From: Penicillus capitatus
Lineage: Eukaryota > Plantae > Chlorophyta
Assembly: GCA_965649825.1 (NCBI GenBank)
Contig: OZ287711.1
Location: forward strand, 355,201-419,200
DNA length: 64,000 nt
Reading direction: 5' to 3'
The position numbers were made by a program, and so were the translations under genes. The first letter of the stretch is position 1, and each line of letters opens with the position of its first letter. Of the stretch, positions 49,321 to 59,759 are shown piece after piece. The notes beneath the pieces are model-generated. The model was not told the DNA's origin and searched no databases. It saw only the letters and a program-made list of their open reading frames with translations.

Positions 49321-50943
49321 ATGCTTCTGGAGATCCTGCTCTCCCTCTCGGCGTTCGTCGCCTTGGCCTCGCTGTGGAACAGAGGCCGCTACGACCTGAG
49401 CAAGATCCCGTCCCCTCCTTCGCTGCCGTGGGTCGGCAAGGGCATCGAGATGGCCATGGCCATAAGCCGCGGGGAGGACCAGTTCGCCCAGCGCGACCTC
49501 TGGCTGAGACAGACCGGAAATCCGAAGGTCATGCGCGTACGTCCAGCGTCCACCGCCGCGCGGCTGCCCGAGGCGCTCGCTGTTGGCAGGTCGTGGCGTT
49601 CGGCAAGACAACGCTGTACGTCCGCGACGCCGAATGCATCAGGACGGTCGTCCTGGGGAAGACGCATCCGCTGCCGCGGTCGGCCGGAGTCGCTGGATAC
49701 CTGCTTCCGGTGAGCGCGGCAGACCGACAGCCGACGGTCGCCCCGACGTCGTCCGTGCGCGTAGGTGCTGGGGAACGACCCGACGGCCAAGTCCGCCATC
49801 CTGACCCAGAACGTGACGCCGTACTCCAAGGCCGTTCGGGCGGCCTACGCTGTCGCTCTGCAGACCAGCCGTCTGGCGAAGGCGGTGCCCAGAATGCACG
49901 CCGTCATCCTCAGCATGATCGATCTGATCGAGCGGCAGCGGAAGGCGGGTCCCGTCGATCTGCAGGACGTCTGCGTGAGAATGACGATGGACATGATCGG
50001 GACGGTGGCGTGGGACGCGAACTTCGGCGCTCTGGACGGCAGCACGGGAATCTACGACACGTTTCAGACGGCCTTCGACGTCGGACTGCAGCTCCGCATC
50101 GATCCGCGCACGCAGCTCCGACACCGGATCCTTACCAGGTCGAAACAGGCGCGGCTCTACAAGAAGGCGATCAAGGACATGGCGGCCGAATGGCACAGGC
50201 TGCTGAACGCGGCGAAGGAGAGAGAAGATCCGGCCGAGGGCGAGGAGCCCCTCTGGTGCCTGCCGAAGAAGACCGTCGATCCGGAGACCAAGGCTCCGCT
50301 GCGCGACAAGGACCTGGTGACGGAGCTGTCGACGATGATGGTGGCGGGGATGCCGACGACGGGCCACCAGCTGACGTGGATCCTCGCCTTTCTCTTCGCG
50401 AACGGAGGCGCCCTGGAGAAGCTCGCGAACGAGCTGGCAGAGCACAAGCTGAGCGCGTCGCAGACCGAGGGGATCTCTCTCAAAGTCCTCGAGGAGATGC
50501 CCTATCTGAACGCGGTGATCAAGGAAGGGATGCGGGTGGGTCACGTCATCCTCGAGAGCACTCGACGCGTCGCGACGGAGGACATGACGGTCGCGGGGTA
50601 CCGCATTCCGAAAGGGACGATGCTGTGCGTTCCGGGCAACCGATGGGTGGATCCGGGGGAGGACTGGAGCGACCCTGGGGTCTACAGACCGGAGAGGTGG
50701 CTGACGGGCGAGGACGCTTCGAGGAAGCACTACTTCCCCTTCTCGCACGGCGCGAGGGACTGCGCCGGACAGAACCTGGCCAGGTTCGAGATGCGTCTGG
50801 CGATCGTCCACCTGCTGACGCGATACCAATTCGAACTGAAGAAGCCGCTGGAGGAACTGATGCGGACGACCAAGACGAGGCTCAGCACGCAGGCCGTCGG
50901 AGGCGTCTGGGTGGACGTCGTCCCGAAGCCGCTCTCCCCCTGA
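49321..50943 (+). CDS. Cytochrome P450 (family unassigned)
   Basis: N-terminal anchor plus PSPPSLP hinge; EGMR, PERW, FSHGARDCAG; introns 49537-49589 and 49710-49764. Confidence 0.95.
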
Positions 50944-53691
50944 GCGGCATCCCTCCGCTTCTCTCTGGCGTCCTGATCCAGACGTTGTTCGCCGTTTTCG
51001 GCAGCGACGCTCTGTGTGTTTCTCGACAGTGTGTGGGGCAGTGTTTGTAGCGCGCAAAGGGCGCGGGGATTCTTACGATCTGTCGTCATCGACGCGTTGT
51101 TCGTCGAAGACGTACGCGTGTCAAAAATCGATTGTGCGGGGGAGATGGCGTGGGCGACGCGTTCCGGTCTGTTCCTCCAGAAACCGCGCCGCCGCCAAGA
51201 ATCTCGGCCGTGCGTCGCGTCATTTGAACCACGCCGGCAGTCCGACTTGTCGCGACGCGCTCCGTCTAAACCGGCGACCGTGCGCCGTCGCACACGTCGA
51301 CGCGCAGTCGCCTGCCGCGACCTCGATCGACTGCATCTTCGCCGGATCCACACGTCGAGTTGCTAAGCACCACCGTGTGCCGCGCTGCCGCGTTTCCATT
51401 CACGAACGTCGCGAAAGACAGATGAGATCTAGAACATCCGTCCTGATTTCATAAACCAGTGATCGCGCAGTGTGTTCTCGCGATGCGTTTGCGGCCCTCT
51501 CTATCCATCTGTCACATCAATGCGATTCATTGTATGAATTCACGTGCACGGTAACAGTCTAATGCCGCGTCTTGTGCGCTCCGCAGTTCGTGTCTTTCGT
51601 TTATTGTCTTTCTCGTCGTTTGCTCCTCGCGAACTCTTTTCCTTTCACATCGCGAATCCCTCTAAGCTTGAGTTCGCAAAACCTGGCTGACCTACACGAA
51701 TGGCGCTAGACTTCGGATGCTTCTTCATGCCTGTTCGGAGATATCGTGGTCCCCTCTTCCTCCTGGTTTTGGCGCGCCAACCTTTCCAATGGTACTTTTC
51801 GAGATAAATGTCATTTATTGGATGAGCCCTGACTGCTGTTGCACGCAACAGTTTCAGCCAGCAGATCCTCTGATGTGAAAACTGCTGCCGTCCTCAGTCG
51901 CGAACACCGTCCTTTTGAACGAGCCATCCGCAATGCAATCTGTCCGTTCTAAAGAATTAATTGCCTGTGTCGTGTCTTTCTTGAGTCAAACAAAACTGAT
52001 GAGAATCGTGATGCAGCGACGTCTTTTGCGACAAGTCTGCAGGAGTCACGCGCAGACTGGTGCTCGTTGGGAGCGCGTCAGCACGTGCTTGTCTGCTCCG
52101 GGTGTCGAGATAGGCGAAGACACGGAAAAGACTTCAGCAGCGCGGACTGCATGCCGGCATCGAGGATGCAGTTTCCGGGAAAGCAGAACTCCCTGAGCCC
52201 AGGAAAGCATCCCTTCAGTTCTCCTCGCATCAGCTGATCGATCAATAGCTGAGGGGAAGGGATGCGGAGGACCTTCAGATTCGGGGAGCTCAGCAGAGCG
52301 CGGATGAGATCGAGGTCGACGTGCGTTTTGGGTTCGCTGAATCGCAGCTCCGTCAGGTCGGACATTGCGGCCAGCGCTTCCAGACAGTGTGGGCACAGAA
52401 CGACATTCTGGGTCTTGAGCGCCCTCAGTTTATTGAGGCGTTTGAAGAAGCAAGAAGGCGTCACTCCGTCGGACTGCAGAAGATGCATGATGCCAGAGCT
52501 GTTGATCTCCAGGGAGCAGAGATTCGGCAAGGACATTAGGACCTGAGACGTACCCAGATGAGGTTCCTGATGGAAACTGAGCGAGAGATCTACAAGCGTC
52601 GTCGGCAGACGCAAGGAACATCCAGTCGACGAGGCGATGGCGCCCAGACAGAGTCGTGTCAGCCGAGAGAGCGCGGTCAAGCATTGTGTGGCCTCTGTCG
52701 AGACGGAAGAGGACGCTCCTTTCGCAAGAGTCAGCGATCTGAGTCCAGTGAGAGCAGTAATGCATCCTGCGAAAGTGTGATCGCCGTCGCCGTCTGGGAA
52801 GATCGCATCCAGCTCCGTCAGGCGACTCAGCTGTCGAAGCCCTTCGAAGAGGATGTCGTTCCACGGAGCGGTGCTGCGGATTCTGAGGCTGGCCAACTGG
52901 CGGAACGCGCTCCAGGGAGCCTCCTCCGATGGCGGCGAGTGTCTGAGCGGCACATCCGTCTCCAGCGATCGAAGCGTCGGGGCGTAAGGCGAGATGGACT
53001 AGGAAAGACACGTGGTGTCAGGAGCAGAACGTGTTGAGACATGCTGACCTGCAGATCCAACTGGCATTGACCCAGGTCGTCGCGACCGGACGAGCGGCGC
53101 ACCTCCAGTCGCGTCAGCTGCGTCAGTGAGGGAAAGAGGAGCTGGCCCCAGACGTTGACCAGCATCCGGGCATCCAACTTCAGCTCTCGCAGTCCTCGCA
53201 GTTCGGTCACCGGCTCGAGGAACATCTGGATGTCGTGGACGACGGCGAGATCCAGCCTGACCAGATGCGTCAGACGCTCTAGAGTACCGAGGGCGTCACG
53301 AAGGGCGTTTTCGTAGACGATTTCGAGAGTGAGGGACTGGAGGCGATCCAGTGTCGGGAATCGATGTAACGATGCGCTTCACACGAATCGGCTCTCAGCG
53401 CGAACGACGACGTGAACGCACGCTCAGACCGCGAACACAGGAATACGAGTTAGATTACATGAAACTGTCGCGTTTAAGTACTCGCGGTGGTTGGGGATTC
53501 CCTAACCTCAAGAGCAACAGCTGTGAACTCCTGCCCACGTTCAACAACCATCAGCCTACCGTTATTGTAACAGCAGGTCAGAGGCGAACACCCGTCGCGA
53601 CCGATGGTCAGCGCGCCAGGGTGGTTCTTCGCCGACGCAACCGTTCTGATGGCTGTGGCGGGCGACGTGACATCTGCATATCCGACAGTGA

Positions 53692-53700
53692 CTCCCCCTC
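53692..53700 (-). promoter_or_regulatory. Polypurine tract
   Basis: GAGGGGGAG on the minus strand, 4 nt before the 3' LTR. Confidence 0.8.
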
Positions 53701-53825
53701 ACTTAACACGTCACGCCCCGACGTTTAAGTGACACACGAAAAGGGAAAACAACCTTGCCTAAGGAAAGGTAGAACCACGAGCGTTTTTAAAACAACGTCG
53801 TTTATTAGAACACCGCCACAGATGC

Positions 53826-55424
53826 TCACAGATCCATAGCGCTGCGTCTTACTCCATCACCACGTGAGATCCAGACGGTCAGCAGCCACGTCGGTGCACC
53901 TCTCTTGAACACGTCCTCTGGCTTCCCGTTGTCCCCGAGTCGATAGACACGGAGCTCCGTCCCTGGTTCTACGCGAGGAACGATGACTTCTATCCGTCCA
54001 CGACACGTTGGTCCTCCCCGGAAACTCGCGAAAAAGCGCGCAATGGAAAGTGCTTCACTCACACGGCCTTTCGCATCGACTTCCGCAAGAAGCCCCACAG
54101 ACGACAGGAACTTCTTCCGTCGGGCGCATGCTGCAGTCTCGACAGCCGAAAGGTATGGTGGCGCCATTCGCCGTTGGGTTCCCACGTCTTCTGCGTCTTC
54201 ACATTGGGTACCTTGAACGAATTCTGCGAAGCGTCTGGTCGCCGAGACCAACTCAAGCTGCCCCCGTGGTTCTTCTGCGGCTACGAAAAAGAGACTTCGA
54301 CAAGGTTCTGCTTCGTCGTCGTTAGTGAGAACTTCCATATGTTTCACAGCCCTCGTCCTTTCGAACGTCAGGAATGATAGACGAGGTGACATCTCACACC
54401 ATCGGGACAGGATGGGCAGACGGGTTGCAAGTCCATCGACACAGCCACTGTCCCACGGAATCGTGAGTTCTGCGTCGAGGAATTCGACGACAGAGTGCTG
54501 GAGTCGGATACCCGAAAGCTCTGCCGGTTTCGGTTCGGAGAAATGGTAAGGTTCGCATGTGCATTCTCTGCTGTCATTTCCGTCGCGGTCTCCGTAACCG
54601 CCGAGGGTTCGCATCGACTCATCCTGCGCAGCTGTCACCTCAGATTCGCCGCAGGGGTCGCATGCACTGTCGTTGTCGTCTTCACAATCGAGAGTCTGCG
54701 TCTCTTCAACAGACTCCCCCAGAGCGGTCGCCATGTCTGACTCGCTTCTGACTTCGAACACGTCGTCTTCCAAACGTCGCTCTTGGCGTTTCTCCTGCTT
54801 CTTTACAGGAAGAATGGTCATGCCAGCTGGCAACTGGCGAAGTGCTTCGTCTTCTGCATCAGCCGTCGCAAACTCTGTTGCGTCGGTTGGCAAATGTCGA
54901 CTCGTCTGCTCGAGTCTACGGGCTCCATCCGGTCTGGAGACCGTCGTACGGTTGCGTCCGAGCTCAGGCTCTGGAGCTTCGTCTTCGTCCTCGTAGGTTT
55001 CGTCGAACCAACGGACACGTCCGTGTGCGCCCGCCTCGTCGTCTCCGCGACGGAGAAAAGATGCACTGGTCGATGCTCGCCGAGTACAGACGGACTTTTC
55101 TGCGCGTTCCGCGCGCAGTCTCCTCTGTTTTCGACAGAGGCTCAGGAGCTGCTTCCCTGTCCGGTTCGGGTCGTGCCTCCCGAATCGGTCGGTCAACCGA
55201 CGGCTCCACTCTGTCCACTGCAGAGCAACAACGTCGCTAAAACCGAAGTGTAGTTCGGCCCAGTCTGCCGCCGGTCCGTCGAGAAACGCAATGGCAATCT
55301 CGGCCCGTGTTCCTGGCTCGTCGTCCACATGACGTAAACAAAAGAACGAGGTCATCGCGTCGACCCATTCCCTCGGGTCGCTGCGTCCATCATAACGCGG
55401 GCAGGGTGTCGACTCGATGCGCAT
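53826..55424 (-). CDS. gag: Retrotransposon gag-like protein with long acidic C-terminal extension, 532 aa
   Basis: YDGRSDPREWV..AIAFLDGPAADW..WTEWSRRLTDRF resembles Ty3/gypsy-type capsid; uninterrupted ORF. Confidence 0.8.
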   Translation of the reverse strand: MRIESTPCPRYDGRSDPREWVDAMTSFFCLRHVDDEPGTRAEIAIAFLDGPAADWAELHFGFSDVVALQWTEWSRRLTDRFGRHDPNRTGKQLLSLCRKQRRLRAERAEKSVCTRRASTSASFLRRGDDEAGAHGRVRWFDETYEDEDEAPEPELGRNRTTVSRPDGARRLEQTSRHLPTDATEFATADAEDEALRQLPAGMTILPVKKQEKRQERRLEDDVFEVRSESDMATALGESVEETQTLDCEDDNDSACDPCGESEVTAAQDESMRTLGGYGDRDGNDSRECTCEPYHFSEPKPAELSGIRLQHSVVEFLDAELTIPWDSGCVDGLATRLPILSRWCEMSPRLSFLTFERTRAVKHMEVLTNDDEAEPCRSLFFVAAEEPRGQLELVSATRRFAEFVQGTQCEDAEDVGTQRRMAPPYLSAVETAACARRKKFLSSVGLLAEVDAKGRVSEALSIARFFASFRGGPTCRGRIEVIVPRVEPGTELRVYRLGDNGKPEDVFKRGAPTWLLTVWISRGDGVRRSAMDL

Positions 55425-55460
55425 GGTCTGTCACCACGTAAACAAAACGTTCGACAGTTG

Positions 55461-55476
55461 CCCCGGAGGTCCACCA
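55461..55476 (-). promoter_or_regulatory. Primer-binding site, probably tRNA-Ala-complementary
   Basis: TGGTGGACCTCCGGGG 2 nt after the 5' LTR; complement ..GAGGUCC-A-CCA has U70 and A73 as in tRNA-Ala. Confidence 0.7.
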
Positions 55477-57175
55477 GTTGTCGGGAATCGATGTAACGAT
55501 GCGCTTCACACGAATCGGCTCTCAGCGCGAACGACGACGTGAACGCACGCTCAGACCGCGAACACAGGAATACGAGTTAGATTACATGAAACTGTCGCGT
55601 TTAAGTACTCGCGGTGGTTGGGGATTCCCTAACCTCAAGAGCAACAGCTGTGAACTCCTGCCCACGTTCAACAACCATCAGCCTACCGTTATTGTAACAG
55701 CAGGTCAGAGGCGAACACCCGTCGCGACCGATGGTCAGCGCGCCAGGGTGGTTCTTCGCCGACGCAACCGTTCTGATGGCTGTGGCGGGCGACGTGACAT
55801 CTGCATATCCGACATCCAGAGACTGAAGTGACGTTTGCAGGAAGTCGATATCGATCTCCTCCTCTGGCAACACGAGGCTCAGATGGCGCAGCTTCGTCAG
55901 TCGCGGCAGATGCGGCATGAGATGTCGCTCGACGACATCGGCCGAGTCGAGCAGATAGTCCGGCACCAGGGAAACGGCCTCGGGAAACATCTCCGCCACT
56001 GTCTCCACTTCGTCTGGACGAATGCCTCGAATCTTGACCGGCAGCTTCGCGCACGCTTCGCACCATCGGCAGCAGACGCGTCTAACTTCGTACAGGCCGT
56101 CGTCTGCAGCGACATACGACAGCACCTTGTGCAGTATGTCTTCGTTTTCGAGCAGCGCGCCAAGCGTATTTGGCGTGTCCGAAGGAGTGGCGGCTTGAGA
56201 TGTGCGCCTGTTGTGTTGGAGTTCTGAGCTCCTTCTCCTCGAAAAGACGCCCCCCCATCGAAGACGCCGCGTGCTTTTTTCCTTTGCTCGCAGAATTCAA
56301 CTGCAGCGAAGGACAACGAATGGTATCGCTTTACGTTTATATCCGTCGACACGTTGCTCCTCTCATCTTCACTCACAGTTCGCTGCTCATTAGGGCCAAC
56401 GTGACGCGACATTTGTGTCATCGACTGTATCCGTTGCTCTTGTGTTATGCGTCGGACAGCGCAGCGCGTGTTTGCACAGAGTTCTTTGTCTTTGCGAGGA
56501 AGCACACCGGGAGCTGTCTCAGAACGAACAGGTGTGAACAATTCTCTCGTCGACCTGCCCCTCTTTCTTGTCTTACCAAAGATTGCATTGAGTTCGTATA
56601 GGGTGACTGTTACACAACGACATAACACACGGTCGTATCTTCAATGTCGACGACAGCTCTGCGGAAATCGCGCGGCTACAAATCCTATACGCCGCCACGG
56701 TTCTCCGCCTCATCGGTGATGTGACTTGTTATCAGTGCATGGCATGACAATCGTTCATCGCGTCCGGCAGTGGACGCCGCGGAACATAATGGGTACGCAA
56801 CATTCGTGCATTTCGGTAGAGTCGATCTATGGTCTGCAGTCATCAGCTGCCACGAGCACAGGACTGACTTATCAATAAAGATGACAAGGGCGTCAAAGTT
56901 CAGGCTACATTCTCGTCACATCAGACTTTAGCGACGATCCACAAGATACAGACAGCGCACTATCTGTTTGCAAGATTTCTTCAAAAAACGGCAGTTTGCT
57001 CTTTTGTGTATTCGGTCGAGAAACATGGATATCTGAGAACATGCCATATTCTTTGTATGCACGGCCGGAGTACTCGTCGAACGCAAGAAAGTTCTCAGAA
57101 ATCAAGTAACATCTAGAGTTCGGAGGTAGAAAATGTGCAAAAGAGTCATCTACATACCACAGAGCGCCAAGTGAT

Positions 57176-57560
57176 TCAATAAGCAAACAGACTGTCGTTC
57201 GGCTCGGCTTCGTTTTCCTTTGTGGACTCTATACGAGGCTCTTCTTCCGTCAAGTGATCAGGTAGACCCGAAGACACGTCGTCCTTGGAAGCAAATGCCA
57301 CGAACTCATCGTTTCTATCTTCTGAACTACCCCGGGAATCGAAGAGATTGAAGTCACAGATAACTCTTTCGGCTCCTCGGTGAAGCAACATCCACTTGCT
57401 CCCCATCGCGGAACCGCTCTACGGCCATTTGAAAAGTTGTGCTCTGATACAAAGGTGGATAGGGGACCGTCGCACGCGAAATATCACGCTCGACGTCGTC
57501 TTCGCTGGCCAGAGTGGAAAGCAAGTGTTAGATTCAAACGTCTTCCGAACAGAACAAACG
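57176..57560 (-). pseudogene. Frameshifted orphan coding relic (homolog of 37471-37764); further decayed frames may extend to about 59000
   Basis: TLASEDDVERDISRATVPYPPLY..ERFR, +1 shift, LLHRGAERVICDFNLFDSRGSSEDR. Confidence 0.6.
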
Positions 57561-57565
57561 GACAC

Positions 57566-57897
57566 TGTCGGGATCGTGTACTTAAGAGAAACTCGGAGTC
57601 GAATCGGCACGCGACGACAACGCAAACGGACACTCAGACGATACACGAGGAATACGAGATCAGTCACAGATAACTTTGGCCATTAAATACTTAGAATGGT
57701 CAGGAGTCTACGAATTTCCTTGTCCAACGGCTGCGAACTTCGTGCTACGCTCCGTATCCACCCCCAATGGTTATTTAACAGCTACGTCGGAGGCTAACAC
57801 CCGTCGCGACCGATGGTCAGCGCGCCAGGGTGATTCTTCGCCGACCCAACCGTCTCCGATTGCTACGGCAGACGACGTGACTACTACATCTCCCGCA
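57566..57897 (-). mobile_element. Solo LTR (332 bp) of a diverged sister family
   Basis: TGTCGG...CCCGCA ends, TSD GACAC at 57561-57565 and 57898-57902, shares a 64-nt block with the 336-bp LTR. Confidence 0.9.
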
Positions 57898-59566
57898 GAC
57901 ACAAACAAACAAACGGCGACCCGGGACCTCTTATTTAACTCCTCCTTCGACGTAACCTGTCTGGCGTAGAACGCTTGTCACTTCTCGTCCTCGCATTGAC
58001 AGCCTTGTTACCTCAAGTCCCCTCAAGCATTATGTTGTCTATGAAATTAATCCCGTCGACACAAGCAAAAAAAAACAAGCACTTAGATACTGTGAAAGAA
58101 TGGCGCAATTCTAACGAAACGGTGATGGGACGTCCATGTAGTGGTGACATTTCTGTCACTTAGCACTTGTCGCGTCTTTGGCTGTGCGACGTAACCGTCA
58201 CTGCTGAGTCGCAAACAAGTCGTGATGACTGGGAGTGAGTTCCTGAGAAGTTCCTAGGAAACTTCTCGAAGTTCATACTGAATTTCCTAGCCTCATTGAG
58301 AATTTCATCGCGAACTAACTCTTGAAGTTCATCAACTTTTCCTATCGTCACATCAGGGTCTGAGTATTTAAGCAAGGCTTTGACACATAAAAACACCTTT
58401 CGTTTAAACATCAAAAGTTTACACTTGTGTTCTGAATCGCATACAATCTGTCAAAACATTCGCTGTCTATCATCAAGTTGTAACAAGTCGCTCTTTGCTG
58501 CAAAGCTGTTTGTGTGGCCTCCGAACTTTCGCCCATCCTCATCCAATTTCAAGACTTCCGCTGCGCTTGTGAGATGAGCCAACACGGGAACGACTCCGGC
58601 AACTATGCTCCTCCTCCACCTCCCGGCCAAGGCGAGGGAGAGATACGCGTCGTCCAAACCGAGGACGTCGAGAGGGAGGTACAGGGAGAGGGTGCCGGAG
58701 GGAGTTCTTCACAGATACCTGGTTTTGCCTCGGGAATTGGGAATTCCATCAAAGCGTCGAGCATAACTTCACAGTGAGCTTCAGGTAACCGGATGAGCTT
58801 AAGTGGCCCTGTCACTAGCTTAACCCCGCATCCGGCTGATCCTCTGGTTCCCGAAGCTATAGCTAGTTGAGCATTCGGCTCAATCGACTTCGGTCGACGC
58901 AGCAGCTGATGGCGTGGCCCATTGCGGTCATCAACTGTAACAGTCAGTCCACTTGGAATCTTCCCGAACATCACAAGCTGTTCACCTCTATACAAAACGA
59001 AGCAGCTGTTGCATTAATAAACATTTCGAAGGAAACTGTCGCTGCCTCGTCTCTTGGAAGACAATAAGAGAGGTTTGCGTTATGACAGCTCGTATATTTT
59101 ATGTTGTGTCATAGATTTGCAAGCTCTTTGTGACGTGCAAGCCTCTTGCCCGAAATAACGGATCATAAAAGATTCTTCCCCAGTGCATCTCTGCTGTCGT
59201 TACTAAAACCTTACAGTTAACGAAAAGGCACCAAAAAAGTCATCAATACCGTTTAATCGAGAGCGGATGTTCATGCCTTCTTTGGCAAACAGTGGACAGT
59301 GAGGGTCTGTTGGCTCGGCGAACGTGTAAGCAGTTGTAAAGGAACATTAATTACACAGCCGCTTTACGCAAGCAAGTTTTATAGGACATTTGTGTTTCTT
59401 CGAAGTTTGATCCTTTCAGCCAATCGACAATCCCCACTACATTTTGAATGAAGCTAAGAAAATGGACAGGTGTTGTAGGACAACGGGGCGTTGGATATTC
59501 AAAATTGATGTAAAGTTAACGTTCATAACTTAGAGGCCTATCAATTATTGCAAATTTCGAAGACAG

Positions 59567-59759
59567 GGAAACGCTTTTACCATCGAAAGCAAGGAAACGC
59601 TTTTACCATCGAAAGCAAGGAAACGCTTTTACCATCGAAAGCAAGGAAACGCTTTTACCATCGAAAGCAAGGAAACGCTTTTACCATCGAAAGCAAGGAA
59701 ACGCTTTTACCATCGAAAGCAAGGAAACGCTTTTACCATCGAAAGCAAGGAAACGCTTT
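59567..59759. repeat. 26-bp minisatellite (7 full units plus a partial) made of the last codons and stop of the adjacent gene
   Basis: ggaaacgcttttaccatcgaaagcaa at 26-bp period; the reverse strand reads AAAGCGTTTCCTTGCTTTCGATGGTAA (KAFPCFRW-stop). Confidence 0.97.

Larger units (their letters stand above)
53352..55814 (-). mobile_element. Gag-only non-autonomous LTR retrotransposon (TR-GAG-like), 2463 bp
   Basis: 336-bp LTRs 53352-53687 and 55479-55814, identical by eye, TG..CA ends, TSD TCCAG, PBS and PPT present, no pol motifs. Confidence 0.97.
52078..56258 (-). pseudogene. F-box-like + LRR paralog 6, interrupted by the LTR element
   Basis: ILHKVLSYVAADDGLYEVRRVCCRW. Removing 53352-55814 plus one TSD restores SLQSLD-RLQSLTL. 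Family intron at 52999-53048 (DLQ joins SISPYAPTLRSL). Confidence 0.9.

Noticed and set aside
43300-51400. Many long overlapping Arg/Pro/Ala-rich ORFs (e.g. 45797-47143 -, 49242-51050 +, 49639-51057 -)
   Set aside because: Shadow frames caused by high GC; recognisable proteins lie in other frames.
53351-53728. ORFs MSGIDVTMRFTRIGSQ... at 29336, 53351 and 55478 as a three-copy gene
   Set aside because: They are the same LTR read through with different flanks; TG..CA ends and TSDs explain them.
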